Origin: Dehalococcoidia bacterium
GTDB lineage: Bacteria > Chloroflexota > Dehalococcoidia > Plut-88900
Length of the DNA: 64,000 nt
Direction of reading: 5' to 3'
Assembly (NCBI GenBank): GCA_965249275.1
Contig: CBDFLQ010000006.1
Coordinates: forward strand, 192,001 to 256,000
Shown: in pieces, positions 38,497 through 48,930 of the stretch
How the letters are laid out: each line of letters opens with the position of its first letter
How positions within the stretch are numbered: the first letter of the stretch is position 1
Notes under the pieces: generated by a model
Told to the model about the DNA's origin: nothing
What the model saw: the letters and a program-made list of their open reading frames with translations, nothing else
The model's database searches: none
Program-made: the position numbers and the translations under genes

Positions 38497-40902
38497 TCAA
38501 CCTATCAACGCCAGCACTTCACCCTTGCTGACCACCTGGCCCGGATTGCATGGGAGAGATAACGCCTTGCCGTCCGTCGGGGCAGGAAGAGAGTTCTCCA
38601 TCTTCATAGTCTCGATAAGAATAACTCCCTCTCCTGCCTTTACCTCCGCCCCCTCTTCTACTAGGTACCTGATTACAGTCCCTGGCATCGGCGCCACTAT
38701 AGCCGTCCCCTCCCCCGAGTCCCCCGCCGCGGGTTCCTGGGTTGGGGCCGGAGTAGCAGCAGGTCTCGCTGGCGGCGGAATTGGCGGAACGCTCGCTCTG
38801 GAAGCCGGAGGGGGCAGTGGAGCACGCGTCGGAGCTGGTGCTGGTGGTGGAGGCGCCGAGGCCACTGGTGGCGGCGTAGCAGTCGCAGCCTGCCCGGACC
38901 CTTCAATTACCACCAATACCTCTCCCTTCCCCACGGCTTGCCCTGGCTGACAGGGAAGAGACGTTATCTTGCCATCGACAGGCGACGGCAGCGAGTTCTC
39001 CATTTTCATGGTCTCTATCAAGACCACGGCCTCCCCTGTCTTTACATCCGCTCCTTCGTCCACCAGGTATCTGATCACGGTTCCTGGCATCGGAGACACT
39101 ATGTTAGCCGAGCCTCCCGGCCCTGCTGAAACTCCTGCTGTTGGCGCAGGAGTAGGCGCAGCAACGGGTTGCCGAGCTGCAACGGGCCTTGGCGGTGAAG
39201 CGGAACGAGCCGGGCTTGAGGTTGGTGGTGGGGGAGCTTGGGGCCGCAATCTGCTCGGGGGAGCCGGCACGGCTGCTATGCCCACCGATCCCTCTGAATG
39301 TGGCTCAACGTCGACTCGAAATTCCTCGTCGTCGACCCATACGGTAAATGATCGCCGGCCTCGTGCCCGAGTTCCGGCCTCACTGCCTTGCGATACCAAC
39401 TTACCCTCCTTGGCTTCCCTTATTAGCCTATCTTCATCTTTTACTTCTTCCAGCGTCCTCGCCCTAACCGAGACAGGAATCTCGTCGATCCCGTATTTCC
39501 ACTTCAGGAACTGTTTCCCAGTGGAGGGAAACAGTGCATAGGTTAGTATATCTTCTTGGCTCTTGGCTATCTCCCCCACGTCCTTTTTTGCCTTTTCCAT
39601 CTCGTCGTCCAGATCGTCCGCCGGACGGCCCGTCACGGGAGTCTGGCCCTTGGGATAATCCTTAAGTATGAGGGCTGTCAGGTCGGGGTCTATCGGCGCA
39701 GGCGGCCTGCCGTAAAGACCATAAACGTAGTCCTTGACCTGGGTGGAGATCGACTTGTACCGACCCAGCAGCACGTTCTGCACCGCCTGGCTCCCGATTA
39801 TCTGGCTGGTCGGGGTTACCAGCGGCGGATACCCGAGGTCTGCCCTCGTCCTGGCCAACTCTTCCTGCACTTCTCCCAGCCTGTCCAGCGCGTTCAGCTG
39901 CTTCAGCTGGGACTCCAGATTACTGAGCATTCCTCCCGGCACCTGGTGGCGGATCACCGAAGAGTCCACTACTGACAACTTGTCGACACGCAGGTACTCC
40001 CGGTACTTCGGAAACACAGACTCCAGGTGCTCACACACATCTTGACCCTCCGCCATGTCCAGTTCGGGAGATCGTTCGGTCCCGTGAAGCGCCGCCAGCA
40101 TTGACTCCGTCGATGGGTGCGACGATCGCATCGCTAACGGCGAAAGTGAAGTGTCCAGCACGTCCACTCCTGCCTCAATCGCTTTAAGGGCTGCCATGGA
40201 GGCCATTCCGCTCGTGTGGTGACTGTGCAGTTGGATCGGCACGTCCAGATTGGCCTTGAGTGCCTTGACCAGATCAAATGCGTCATAGGGCCCGAGCAGA
40301 CCGCTCATATCCTTGATGCAAACGCTGTCTGCACCCATCTCTTGCAGCTTCTTGCCCATTTCCACGTAGTAGTCCAGCGTATACACCGGCCCCCCGAGCC
40401 GCGCCTCGGTGATTGTGTAGCTCATCGCCCCTTGTATGTGCTTCCCTGCCTCCTTTATCGCAGCAAAGGAGGTTTCCATGTTTCGCGCGTCATTCAGCGC
40501 ATCGAATACTCTGAATATGTCAATCCCCGCCTCCGCTGACGCGAGAATAAACGCCCTTACCACGTCATCGGGATAGTTCCGGTATCCAACAAGGTTCTGC
40601 CCCCGAAGAAGCATCTGCAGTGGCGTCTTCGGCGCTAAGCGCTTGAAAGTCTTCAGCCGCTCCCACGGGTCCTCATTCAGAAACCTGTGAGCCACGTCAA
40701 AGGTCGCCCCGCCCCACACCTCCAGCGAGTGGAAACCCATGTCGTCCAGCTTCCCGATGATCGGCTCCATGTCCTCAGTCCGCAGCCTCGTCGCAAGGAT
40801 CGACTGGTGACCGTCGCGTAGGGTGACATCCGTTACGCGCAGGGGGACATTGCCATTTACTGTCGCTTCTTCAGACATTGACTGGTCAGATGCAGAGGTC
40901 AC
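38497..40902 (-). CDS. pyruvate carboxyltransferase (PycB/OadA/transcarboxylase 5S-like) with two biotinyl domains
   Basis: LRDGHQS, WGGATFD, IKDM, HSH, VPGGM, PPLVTPTSQ; two IETMKMEN domains on Pro/Ala linkers. Confidence 0.9.
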   Translation of the reverse strand: MTSASDQSMSEEATVNGNVPLRVTDVTLRDGHQSILATRLRTEDMEPIIGKLDDMGFHSLEVWGGATFDVAHRFLNEDPWERLKTFKRLAPKTPLQMLLRGQNLVGYRNYPDDVVRAFILASAEAGIDIFRVFDALNDARNMETSFAAIKEAGKHIQGAMSYTITEARLGGPVYTLDYYVEMGKKLQEMGADSVCIKDMSGLLGPYDAFDLVKALKANLDVPIQLHSHHTSGMASMAALKAIEAGVDVLDTSLSPLAMRSSHPSTESMLAALHGTERSPELDMAEGQDVCEHLESVFPKYREYLRVDKLSVVDSSVIRHQVPGGMLSNLESQLKQLNALDRLGEVQEELARTRADLGYPPLVTPTSQIIGSQAVQNVLLGRYKSISTQVKDYVYGLYGRPPAPIDPDLTALILKDYPKGQTPVTGRPADDLDDEMEKAKKDVGEIAKSQEDILTYALFPSTGKQFLKWKYGIDEIPVSVRARTLEEVKDEDRLIREAKEGKLVSQGSEAGTRARGRRSFTVWVDDEEFRVDVEPHSEGSVGIAAVPAPPSRLRPQAPPPPTSSPARSASPPRPVAARQPVAAPTPAPTAGVSAGPGGSANIVSPMPGTVIRYLVDEGADVKTGEAVVLIETMKMENSLPSPVDGKITSLPCQPGQAVGKGEVLVVIEGSGQAATATPPPVASAPPPPAPAPTRAPLPPPASRASVPPIPPPARPAATPAPTQEPAAGDSGEGTAIVAPMPGTVIRYLVEEGAEVKAGEGVILIETMKMENSLPAPTDGKALSLPCNPGQVVSKGEVLALIG

Positions 40903-42449
40903 AAGGGTATGTTCCCGTGTTTCCTGGCGGGCGGCTCCTCTTCCTTGTGTCTGAGCATTTGCAGGGCGGCTATCAGCTTGGGCCTGGTCTCGGCAGGGTC
41001 GATTATCTCGTCCACAAACCCCCGAGACGAAGCCTGGTACGGGTTGCTGAAGTTCTCCTCGTAGTCCCGTATAAGCTGCGCCCGGGTCTCATCCGGCGTG
41101 TCCGATGCCCGGATCTCGTTCCGGGAGATGATGTTCACTGCCCCGCTTGCACCCATCACCGCTATCTCCGCCGAGGGCCAAGCGTAGTTTATATCCCCGC
41201 CCACGTGCTTGCTGCTCATCACTATGTAGGCCCCGCCGTAAGCCTTCCGGGTGATCACAGTCACCTTGGGCACCGTTGCCTCTGAATAGGCGAAGATCAG
41301 CTTTGCGCCATGTTTTATTATCCCGCCGTACTCCTGCTCCGTGCCCGGCATGAATCCCGGCACGTCTACGAAGGTAACCAGCGGTATCGAAAAAGCGTCA
41401 CAGAACCGCACGAACCGGGCCCCCTTCAACGATGCCGCTATGTCTATCACCCCTGCGAGATGGGACGGCTGCTGCGCCACAATCCCAACCACCTGTCCGT
41501 TCATCCGCCCAAACCCGACCACCATGTTCGGAGCATACAGCGCTGCAACTTCCAGAAAGTTTCCGTAATCTACGATCCGCTCAATGATCCCCTTAACGTC
41601 GTATGGCTTGGCGGAGTCCTGCGGTGCGGCTTCTCTGAGCCACTCGTCGATCTGGCCCGGGTCCCCGGAGTATGTTGCCTCCGGAGGCTCATCCTCGAAA
41701 CTGGAGGGCAGGAAACCGAGAAGTCGGCGTACCCCGTCCAGGCACTCCTTTTCGGTTCCAAACATGAACTGGGCCACCCCGCTCTTCGATGCATTCGCAT
41801 AGGCCCCTCCCAGCTCTTCATGCGTCACCACTTCGCCCGTCACCGCCTTTACGACGTCCGGGCCCGTGATATACATCTGCCCGATCCCCTCCACCATGAA
41901 AGTGAAGTCGGTTATCGCCGGCGAATATACTGCACCTCCTGCAGCGGGTCCGACGATGACGGATATTTGAGGTATCACCCCCGAGGCCTGCGTATTCCTG
42001 TAAAGAATGTCTCCCACCGCCTTGAGGCTGATCACACCTTCCTGGATACGCGCTCCTCCCGAGTCGTTGATGGCTATGAGAGGCGCCCGAGTCTTGACTG
42101 CCAGGTCCATCGCCTTGCAGGTCTTCTCCCCCACCGCCTCCGACACTGACCCTCCGAATACAGTGAAGTCCTGGGAGCATACGAAGACGGTACGGCCATC
42201 CACTTTGCCATAGCCTGTAACTATGGCGTCTCCCATGAAGATCCGCTTCTGCAGCCCGAAGTCCGTAGCCCGGTGCGTAACAAAAGGGTCGAGTTCGTTG
42301 AAGGTACCGGGATCCAGCAGGAGGTCTATCCGCTCCCGAGCCGTCAGCTTACCCTTGGTATGCTGGCGTTCAATAGAATTCAGCCCGCCGCCAAGCCTGC
42401 TCTGGTCTCTAAGCTTGACCAGTTTTTCCAGCTTGTCGTTGGGTGTCAT
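40899..42449 (-). CDS. acyl-CoA carboxyltransferase (PccB/MmdA/transcarboxylase 12S-like)
   Basis: GKLTARER, DSGGARIQEG, GGAVYSP, DVPGF, RKAYGGAY, KHGNIPL. Confidence 0.95.
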   Translation of the reverse strand: MTPNDKLEKLVKLRDQSRLGGGLNSIERQHTKGKLTARERIDLLLDPGTFNELDPFVTHRATDFGLQKRIFMGDAIVTGYGKVDGRTVFVCSQDFTVFGGSVSEAVGEKTCKAMDLAVKTRAPLIAINDSGGARIQEGVISLKAVGDILYRNTQASGVIPQISVIVGPAAGGAVYSPAITDFTFMVEGIGQMYITGPDVVKAVTGEVVTHEELGGAYANASKSGVAQFMFGTEKECLDGVRRLLGFLPSSFEDEPPEATYSGDPGQIDEWLREAAPQDSAKPYDVKGIIERIVDYGNFLEVAALYAPNMVVGFGRMNGQVVGIVAQQPSHLAGVIDIAASLKGARFVRFCDAFSIPLVTFVDVPGFMPGTEQEYGGIIKHGAKLIFAYSEATVPKVTVITRKAYGGAYIVMSSKHVGGDINYAWPSAEIAVMGASGAVNIISRNEIRASDTPDETRAQLIRDYEENFSNPYQASSRGFVDEIIDPAETRPKLIAALQMLRHKEEEPPARKHGNIPL

Positions 42450-42638
42450 TCCTGTAGGGGAAGTCGCCGGGGAAGACTCAAAAGCTGCATCGCGATTGGG
42501 GTTTGCCGAACGCTCTCAGTCATCCATCCGGCTGCCGAATGCTACCAGAATATCCCTACCCACACAACCTGAATGCCTCCATCTACATCAGGTGCTAAAA
42601 TTAGATAAGGCCACAAACACTGCATTCAATTCCCGCAT

Positions 42639-43481
42639 ATGAAAACCGAGATACAACCACACCCCACCCCGTTCCCCTGGGGCCGATGCACCTTCGTCAT
42701 GGGGATCATTAACGTTACCCCTGACTCCTTTTCGGGCGACGGGCTCGGCGCTAACGTCGACGCCGCCGTCGAGCAGGGCCTCAGTTTCGAATCCCTGTCC
42801 GCCGACATCCTGGACGTCGGTGGTCAATCTACCCGGCCCAACCACACCCCCGTCTCCGAGCGGGAAGAGCTCATCCGCGTCATTCCCGTCGTCAAATCTC
42901 TTGCCTCCCGCTCAAACCTTCCTATCAGCATCGACACTTTCTACGCCCGTGTCGCCGCCGAGGCCCTCTCTGCTGGCGCATCCATAGTCAATGATCAGTG
43001 GGCCCTCCGCCGCGATCCCGAGATGGCCCCTCTCGCCGCCGAGGCCGGAGTCCCCGTCGTCCTTATGCACAACCAGAGCGGCACTGACTACGATGACCTC
43101 ATCCCCGACATGAGGGCCAGTCTTGCCGCGAGCGTCGACAACGCCTTGCAAGCCGGCGTACGCCCCGAGAACATCATAATCGACCCCGGTCTTGGCTTCG
43201 GCAAAACTCTCGAACACAACCTGGAGGTCGTGAGAAGGCTTTCGGAGTTAAAGGGTCTTGCCCCGGCCATCCTGGTCGGCCCTTCCCGGAAATCAATGAT
43301 CGGGCGCACTTTGAACCTGCCCGTGGATCAGAGAGTTGAGGGCACGGCAGCTATCGTGGCCCTCTGCATCGCAAACGGCGCAGACGTCGCAAGAGTGCAC
43401 GACGTCCGGGAGATGGTCAGAGTCTGCCGCATGGCCGACGCTATAGTCAGGGTGCCCGTAAACGGCCATGAGGCCAAATAG
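42639..43481 (+). CDS. folP: dihydropteroate synthase
   Basis: MGIINVTPDSFS, GGQSTRP, DPGLGFGK, SRKS, RVHDV. Confidence 0.96.
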   Translation: MKTEIQPHPTPFPWGRCTFVMGIINVTPDSFSGDGLGANVDAAVEQGLSFESLSADILDVGGQSTRPNHTPVSEREELIRVIPVVKSLASRSNLPISIDTFYARVAAEALSAGASIVNDQWALRRDPEMAPLAAEAGVPVVLMHNQSGTDYDDLIPDMRASLAASVDNALQAGVRPENIIIDPGLGFGKTLEHNLEVVRRLSELKGLAPAILVGPSRKSMIGRTLNLPVDQRVEGTAAIVALCIANGADVARVHDVREMVRVCRMADAIVRVPVNGHEAK

Positions 43482-43483
43482 AT

Positions 43484-44074
43484 ATGTCGATTACGAGCAT
43501 CGGGCACAAGTGGAAAGTTTATCTGGGCCTCGGGTCCAACATCGGGAGTAAAGAGGCTAATGTCTCCCGGGCCCTCAAGCTCCTCCCCAACCAGGTCACG
43601 GTCACCGAGGTCTCATCTATCTACGAAAGCGAGCCCGTCGGATTCAAGGAGCAGCCTTGGTTCGTCAATGTCGTCTGCTCGGCCTATACCGACCTTTCTG
43701 CACCGCAGCTCCTCGACTACGTAAAGAATATCGAGGGCCAGATGGGCCGAATAATGAGCTTCAAGGATGGCCCCCGCGTCATTGATATCGACATCCTCTT
43801 CTACGGGGACCAGGTCATCGACACCCCTGACCTCACCATTCCCCACCCCCGCATCGCCGAGCGCGCCTTCGTTCTCCTCCCCCTCTCCGAGCTCAACCCG
43901 CTCCTCTTCCATCCCTCCAAATCCCGGACCGTCGCCCAACTCTTGTCCGCCCTCACCAAGCCAGAGCGCGTAAAGAAGCGCAAGTGGAGCACTCTCTACG
44001 GCAAAGACCTGACCTCCACGCCCAAGGGAACGTTGATAGAAAACGAAGAGGGTGACCTTAAGACCCGCTCCTAG
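43484..44074 (+). CDS. folK: 6-hydroxymethyl-7,8-dihydropterin pyrophosphokinase
   Basis: YLGLGSNIG, GPRVIDIDIL, IPHPRIAERAFVLLPL. Confidence 0.95.
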   Translation: MSITSIGHKWKVYLGLGSNIGSKEANVSRALKLLPNQVTVTEVSSIYESEPVGFKEQPWFVNVVCSAYTDLSAPQLLDYVKNIEGQMGRIMSFKDGPRVIDIDILFYGDQVIDTPDLTIPHPRIAERAFVLLPLSELNPLLFHPSKSRTVAQLLSALTKPERVKKRKWSTLYGKDLTSTPKGTLIENEEGDLKTRS

Positions 44075-44078
44075 CCAT

Positions 44079-44261
44079 CTATTGCCGCATCTCCCGAGGC
44101 AGAAAATCCGGGATTGAGTCTATGATCGGGTACGTGTGCGGGCACCGCGGACACAGCAGAGACCCCGATACCACCTCGTCCCCTTCCTCCTGCGCCGCTG
44201 TCAGTTTCAATTCACCCTTACATTCAGGGCATGCAAGAATGTCCATTAAGTCCTTTTTCAT
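44079..44261 (-). CDS. Trm112-family protein
   Basis: LMDILACPECKGEL...CPRC...YPIIDSIP; 60 aa. Confidence 0.88.
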   Translation of the reverse strand: MKKDLMDILACPECKGELKLTAAQEEGDEVVSGSLLCPRCPHTYPIIDSIPDFLPREMRQ

Positions 44262-44457
44262 CTTTGGAAACTCCGAGAGCCTTGGCGATGCGCAACGCCG
44301 GGGCCTTCGCCCCTTGGCTCCTGCCTAACCATTCACCCTCTGATGCGTTATATTATAACCGTGACTCTGAACACTTCTCAGACCGTGTCTCAACCCTTTG
44401 AGCTATCCTTTCAAAGGAGACCGGCCCCGTAGCGGCCCAGTTTTTCGGAGAGGCCAT

Positions 44458-45402
44458 ATGAAGGCAACGCGCCTAACTAAACAGCTCAATATCCAATCCC
44501 CAATAATCCAGGCCGGTATGCCTTGGGTTTCCAACGCCGAGCTTGCCGCCACCGTATGCAACTCTGGCGCCCTCGGCATGATCACCCCCAACGCCGGCCT
44601 CCAGGAAGACGGCGACGAGATTGAAAACTATCAAACCCAGCTTCGTAAGATAAAGGCCCTGACCTCTCGCCCCTACGGCGTATGCCTGTTCATGGACCAT
44701 CCCATGCTGGACATCCTGGTCAGCATTACCACCGAGCAGGCCGTTCCCATAGTCGTGACCGCAGGAAACGGCGCCTCCGACCACACTGGCCACCTGAAGG
44801 ACGCAGGCATTACCGTCTTTCATGTAGTGGGATCCGTTCACCAGGCCCGTAGCGCTGAAGCCCGTGGCGCCGACGGCGTCATTGCCACAGGCCTTGAGGC
44901 CGCAGGGCCAGGTAGCACCGACCGGCTATCCCTGCTCACTCTCGTACCCCAAGTGGTAGACGCCATTGAAATCCCGGTCATTGCTGCCGGCGGAATCTCA
45001 GACGGGCGGGGCCTTGCAGCTGCCATCGGCCTAGGTGCCAGCTCTGCTTACATCGGCACCCGATTCGTCGCCACTCACGAGTGTGTCGCTCACCCCAACC
45101 TCAAGGACGCCATCATCAACGCCGTCGACACCAGCACCGCCATCGCCGACGTTAACTCCTGCCCCACCCGGCTCCTCAGGAATCGTGCCTTCGAACATCT
45201 CCGCAACTCAAGCAACGGCACAGACCCCGCCTCTTCGTTCTCAGATGCGCAGACCCGCGCATGCCTCTTGGACGGAGCCACCGACGAAGGCCTTGTTCAC
45301 TGTGGCGCTGGCGCGGGCGTGGTCAACGAGGTTTTGAGCGCCGCAGAGGTAGTCAAAAACCTGGTCAGCGGCGCTGATACCGCTATGTCCCGCATACGCT
45401 AG
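44458..45402 (+). CDS. nitronate monooxygenase / FabK-like flavoprotein
   Basis: PIIQAGM, IPVIAAGGISDGRG, GTRFVATHEC; start at MKATRL behind GGAGAGG. Confidence 0.85.
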   Translation: MKATRLTKQLNIQSPIIQAGMPWVSNAELAATVCNSGALGMITPNAGLQEDGDEIENYQTQLRKIKALTSRPYGVCLFMDHPMLDILVSITTEQAVPIVVTAGNGASDHTGHLKDAGITVFHVVGSVHQARSAEARGADGVIATGLEAAGPGSTDRLSLLTLVPQVVDAIEIPVIAAGGISDGRGLAAAIGLGASSAYIGTRFVATHECVAHPNLKDAIINAVDTSTAIADVNSCPTRLLRNRAFEHLRNSSNGTDPASSFSDAQTRACLLDGATDEGLVHCGAGAGVVNEVLSAAEVVKNLVSGADTAMSRIR

Positions 45403-46313
45403 TCCGACGACTTCGCCCCTCCCTGGAATCTGAGCTCCACTCCTGCCCGCTCTTCGTGTAGCTTGATTACCGAACGGGAGTCCTCTTCACCCCACCCCCG
45501 ACCCACGGCTTCCCGTATATCCTTCAATGCCAGTTCGATCGCAGGCATGGGCACATCGTATTCCTCCCCCAGTTCCGCAGCGAGCGTCACGTCCTTCATT
45601 GCCAGCTTAAGGGCGAAATCAGGTGAGAAGTCTCCCTTCAACACCTTTCCAGGGATGCTCACGTGCAGTGCAACCCCCCGCCCCACCGCTCCATCCCTTA
45701 CCGCCTTCCACACTACTTCCGGCTCGACCCCCGCCTTGACCGCGACGGTAAAGCACTCGCCCACCGCCTCCATGAATGCGTAGTTAATGGCATTGTGGGC
45801 CAGCTTGCAGATCGTCCCGCACCCGATGCTGCCGCAATACTGTGCTTTGTCCCCTATGGCATCCAGCACAGATTTGCACCGGTTGTACGTCTCCTCATCG
45901 CCGCTGACCATCACGGCCAACCTGCCGGCCACCGCGCCCGGTACCCCACCGCTCACCGGTGCGTCCAGCATTACACACCCCTTCTCCCGAAACATAGGCT
46001 CGATCCTGCGCACCAGGGAAGGTCTGTTGGTGGTCAGGTCCACGTACACCGAGCCCGGCCTCAACCCCTCCAAAACTCCACCCTCTCCAATAGCAACGGC
46101 CTCCATCTCCACCGGCCCGGGCAGGGATGTGAACACAATGTCGCTCACCGCCGCAACCTCCGCCGCCGAACCCGCCCCCGAGGCCCCATTCCCCAGGAAC
46201 GGCGCCATCAACTCTCGCCGAAGGTCCAAAACCGTCATCTCAAATCCGGCCTTCGCCACGTTCCGAGCCATAGGCCCACCCATGTTTCCCAGTCCTATAA
46301 ATCCAACTTTCAT
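45399..46313 (-). CDS. 3-hydroxyisobutyrate dehydrogenase-family oxidoreductase
   Basis: GFIGLGNMG, LDAPVSGG, KLAHN, FALKLAMKD. Confidence 0.92.
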   Translation of the reverse strand: MKVGFIGLGNMGGPMARNVAKAGFEMTVLDLRRELMAPFLGNGASGAGSAAEVAAVSDIVFTSLPGPVEMEAVAIGEGGVLEGLRPGSVYVDLTTNRPSLVRRIEPMFREKGCVMLDAPVSGGVPGAVAGRLAVMVSGDEETYNRCKSVLDAIGDKAQYCGSIGCGTICKLAHNAINYAFMEAVGECFTVAVKAGVEPEVVWKAVRDGAVGRGVALHVSIPGKVLKGDFSPDFALKLAMKDVTLAAELGEEYDVPMPAIELALKDIREAVGRGWGEEDSRSVIKLHEERAGVELRFQGGAKSSD

Positions 46314-46376
46314 TCTGTTAATTCCCCTTTCATAGCTCCGCTCATCCTTCGACAAGCTCAAGATGAGCGGAGATCC

Positions 46377-48023
46377 TTACTCTATCGCCCCCCAAAGATC
46401 GTCCGCGCTCAGGGGCAGCCCGGCATCCGAGACCGCTGCCCGTGCAGCCATCGGTTCTTGCATCGACTTGTAAAATTCCGGTGTCCCGTATTCCCGAGTC
46501 TGGATTACCACAGGCATCGGCACCGAGTGGCCGAAAATCAAGGCCTGTCTGTTCGAGTCCAGACCCGCCAGCACAGTCTTCAACTGCCGCCCCCCGGACA
46601 CCCCGGATAGCACCCTGTCAACATCCCTTTCGTTGTCAAGCAGGCAGCATATCTTCGTTCCGATCTGGCTCATCACTTCCTCGTCTATCCCGCTTGGTCG
46701 CTGGTCTATAACCAGGAGAGTCACGTTAACCTTCCTCATCTCCCTGGCAATCACCCCGAATGTCGTCTGCCCCGAGAGCCCCGGCCCTAGAAACTTGTGC
46801 GCCTCCTCAATTGTGATCATCAGCCGCTCCGGATCGGCGCCCCCGTCTCCCAGCGCCATTTCCGCCCTACGCACGTACTGGTCATGGATCCGACGAGTCA
46901 GAAGATTGGCCACGAGAATATACGCCGCCAAGTTAGTCTCGTACCGCCCAAACTCCAGCACGACGCTCACGCCCCGCACCAGGTGGTCCAGGATCTGCTT
47001 CACCGCGTCCCCACTCCCGTGCGGCGTCAAGAAATCCATCCTCCTGAGTATTTCGAGCCGTCTCAGAAGCGCCGCCAATGCCGCCGGATTGACGTTTATC
47101 TCATCCGCCAACTCGGCCAATCCCTCACCCATGTTCAGGAACTTCTCCAGCCACTTCCCCTTCCCGTACTTCCGCTCCAGCATGTACGCCGCCTCAGCAG
47201 CAACTTGGCTTAGGTTGAGCGTCTCTCTAAGTAAGCTAATGTCCTCCGGCTCAATCTCCTCGTACCCGATCTTCACGTCGTAATCGGTGCTGACTTTCCT
47301 TCGCCGGGAGCTGTCCGGGTCCAGGGTGAAAACCGCCACCTTGGACGGGAAGAGCTGTTTCAATCCCTTAACCTTGTACCGCTCCTCGCTCCGACCCTCC
47401 CACCCGTATTCGCTGTGCATGTCGAACACCAGGTTGACCGCCGTACCCTTCTGGATCGACCCTGCCAAGAGCAGCCTCGTAAGGAAAGTCTTGCCCGTGC
47501 CGCTCTTCCCGAACACCCCATTACTCCGCTTCGCATATTCCCCAAGGTCCAGGCACACCTTGGTCTCCATGTCCAGGGGATTGCCCACGTAGAAATGCCG
47601 CTCGTCCTCGCTCCCGAACACTCGAGCCATGTCCTCCTCCGAGGCCTCCGTGACCCGAGAAAAGTGGGGTGGTATCGTCCTTACCGGCTGCGGCCCCTCC
47701 ACCCCCGACTTGTCCCCCACCCCGATCGTCAGCATCGGCGTCACTTTCAGTCCCCCGTACAACGCCGTCCCGGCAAGGACCTCCGCGACAAAGGGGTCTA
47801 GCGGATCCGGAGGGAACGCCGAGAGCCGGGCGTCCGAGCTTTCCAGGGAAACGTCAGTCACCATCCCGAAGAACCGCTTCGACCCGCCCTGTATGACCGT
47901 ATATCTCCCAACCGCCATGTCCTCAATCGGTGCACTACCGTCCAGCTTGACCGTCAATCCTTCGCTGAACGACCCACCCACCACCCGACCCAAGGGCACC
48001 CCGGCACCCGCCTCACCCTTCAA
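46377..48023 (-). CDS. herA: HerA-family ATPase/helicase
   Basis: N-terminal HAS barrel, Walker A GKSGTGKT, DMHSEY, Walker B IEEAH, REMRK, DQRPS. Confidence 0.9.
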   Translation of the reverse strand: MKGEAGAGVPLGRVVGGSFSEGLTVKLDGSAPIEDMAVGRYTVIQGGSKRFFGMVTDVSLESSDARLSAFPPDPLDPFVAEVLAGTALYGGLKVTPMLTIGVGDKSGVEGPQPVRTIPPHFSRVTEASEEDMARVFGSEDERHFYVGNPLDMETKVCLDLGEYAKRSNGVFGKSGTGKTFLTRLLLAGSIQKGTAVNLVFDMHSEYGWEGRSEERYKVKGLKQLFPSKVAVFTLDPDSSRRRKVSTDYDVKIGYEEIEPEDISLLRETLNLSQVAAEAAYMLERKYGKGKWLEKFLNMGEGLAELADEINVNPAALAALLRRLEILRRMDFLTPHGSGDAVKQILDHLVRGVSVVLEFGRYETNLAAYILVANLLTRRIHDQYVRRAEMALGDGGADPERLMITIEEAHKFLGPGLSGQTTFGVIAREMRKVNVTLLVIDQRPSGIDEEVMSQIGTKICCLLDNERDVDRVLSGVSGGRQLKTVLAGLDSNRQALIFGHSVPMPVVIQTREYGTPEFYKSMQEPMAARAAVSDAGLPLSADDLWGAIE

Positions 48024-48649
48024 GGTCGTATCCCTGCCAACAATGTGTAAAGCCTCTGCGGTTCCGCTGCCAGCAGCACGGCCAGCGCCTTTCCCGCCCT
48101 GACTAGAAACGCACGGTTATCCTCCGACGCCGCGCTCATCCGACGCAGGCAAGCCCCAATAAGTTGGTCGCCTGCCGGTCCACGCGCCCCGGCCAGAATG
48201 CTCAAGAATTCCATCGACTCCCCGAAAGCCGCTGCGTCTTCCGTTGGACAGTCATAGACGAAGGTATGCACCCGAGGTGGACGAGAAGGCAGCCTCTGCG
48301 TCATAGATCCGCCCGCTTCTCCCCCATTCCGGTACCCGACAATCTGGGCCGTGAACAGGGTCATCAGCAGCTTCTCTATCTGTGGATTGTTCGCGTACAG
48401 AGCCTCGACCGAACTCTCATCCTCGCCTCGGGCCAAGGGCTTTCGTCCCGGCTGAATCGAAGACGTCCCCGCCTCCGAAACCACCCCCACCACCTCCACA
48501 TCCCCATCGGGCACTAGCACGAGGCTGCCTAGTGCCGGGGGTTCATGCAGACGATAACACTGTGCCTGAAACGCCGTGGAGTCGCTTTCGATCACCTCTC
48601 CCACCCTGTCCGCCAACCGCCGTTCCCTGCTCTCCAAAGTGGAATTCAT
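48020..48649 (-). CDS. stand-alone HAS-barrel protein
   Basis: VGEVIES...AQCYRL...PPALGSLV pattern; lies between nurA and herA. Confidence 0.75.
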   Translation of the reverse strand: MNSTLESRERRLADRVGEVIESDSTAFQAQCYRLHEPPALGSLVLVPDGDVEVVGVVSEAGTSSIQPGRKPLARGEDESSVEALYANNPQIEKLLMTLFTAQIVGYRNGGEAGGSMTQRLPSRPPRVHTFVYDCPTEDAAAFGESMEFLSILAGARGPAGDQLIGACLRRMSAASEDNRAFLVRAGKALAVLLAAEPQRLYTLLAGIRP

Positions 48650-48771
48650 ACGCCGGATTGTAGCACGTAAACAGGATGCTTTCGGGAGCAAAATGCCTCA
48701 TCCCCATCCCGGAATCTGATAACCGGCGCAGCTCTCTCTATGGGCAGCATTTCTGTCCTCTCTCCCTCGAT

Positions 48772-48902
48772 GGGGGCCTCGTACAAACTGTGACGGAGGG
48801 GCCGGGGCCGCTCGTGCTGAGCCCCGTCGAAGTATGAGCGGGGGGAGGGGAAGAACGAGTCCCCATTAGAAGAGGCGTGACCGGTAGTTGTACGAAAATC
48901 CC
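48772..48902. mobile_element. MITE-like copy (131 bp, divergent TIRs)
   Basis: GGGGGCCTCGTACAAACT ... AGTTGTACGAAAATCCC; flanked by TCGAT/ACGAT; removing it rejoins the CCTCTCTCCC...GGAGAGG REP; shares the internal REP. Confidence 0.65.
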
Positions 48903-48930
48903 ACGATTGGAGAGGACTGAGATGCCCCGA

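Noticed and set aside
42450-42638. Possible tRNA (including tRNA-Sec) or riboswitch in the larger intergenic gaps
   Set aside because: No cloverleaf, T-loop or recognisable aptamer was seen here or in the other gaps.
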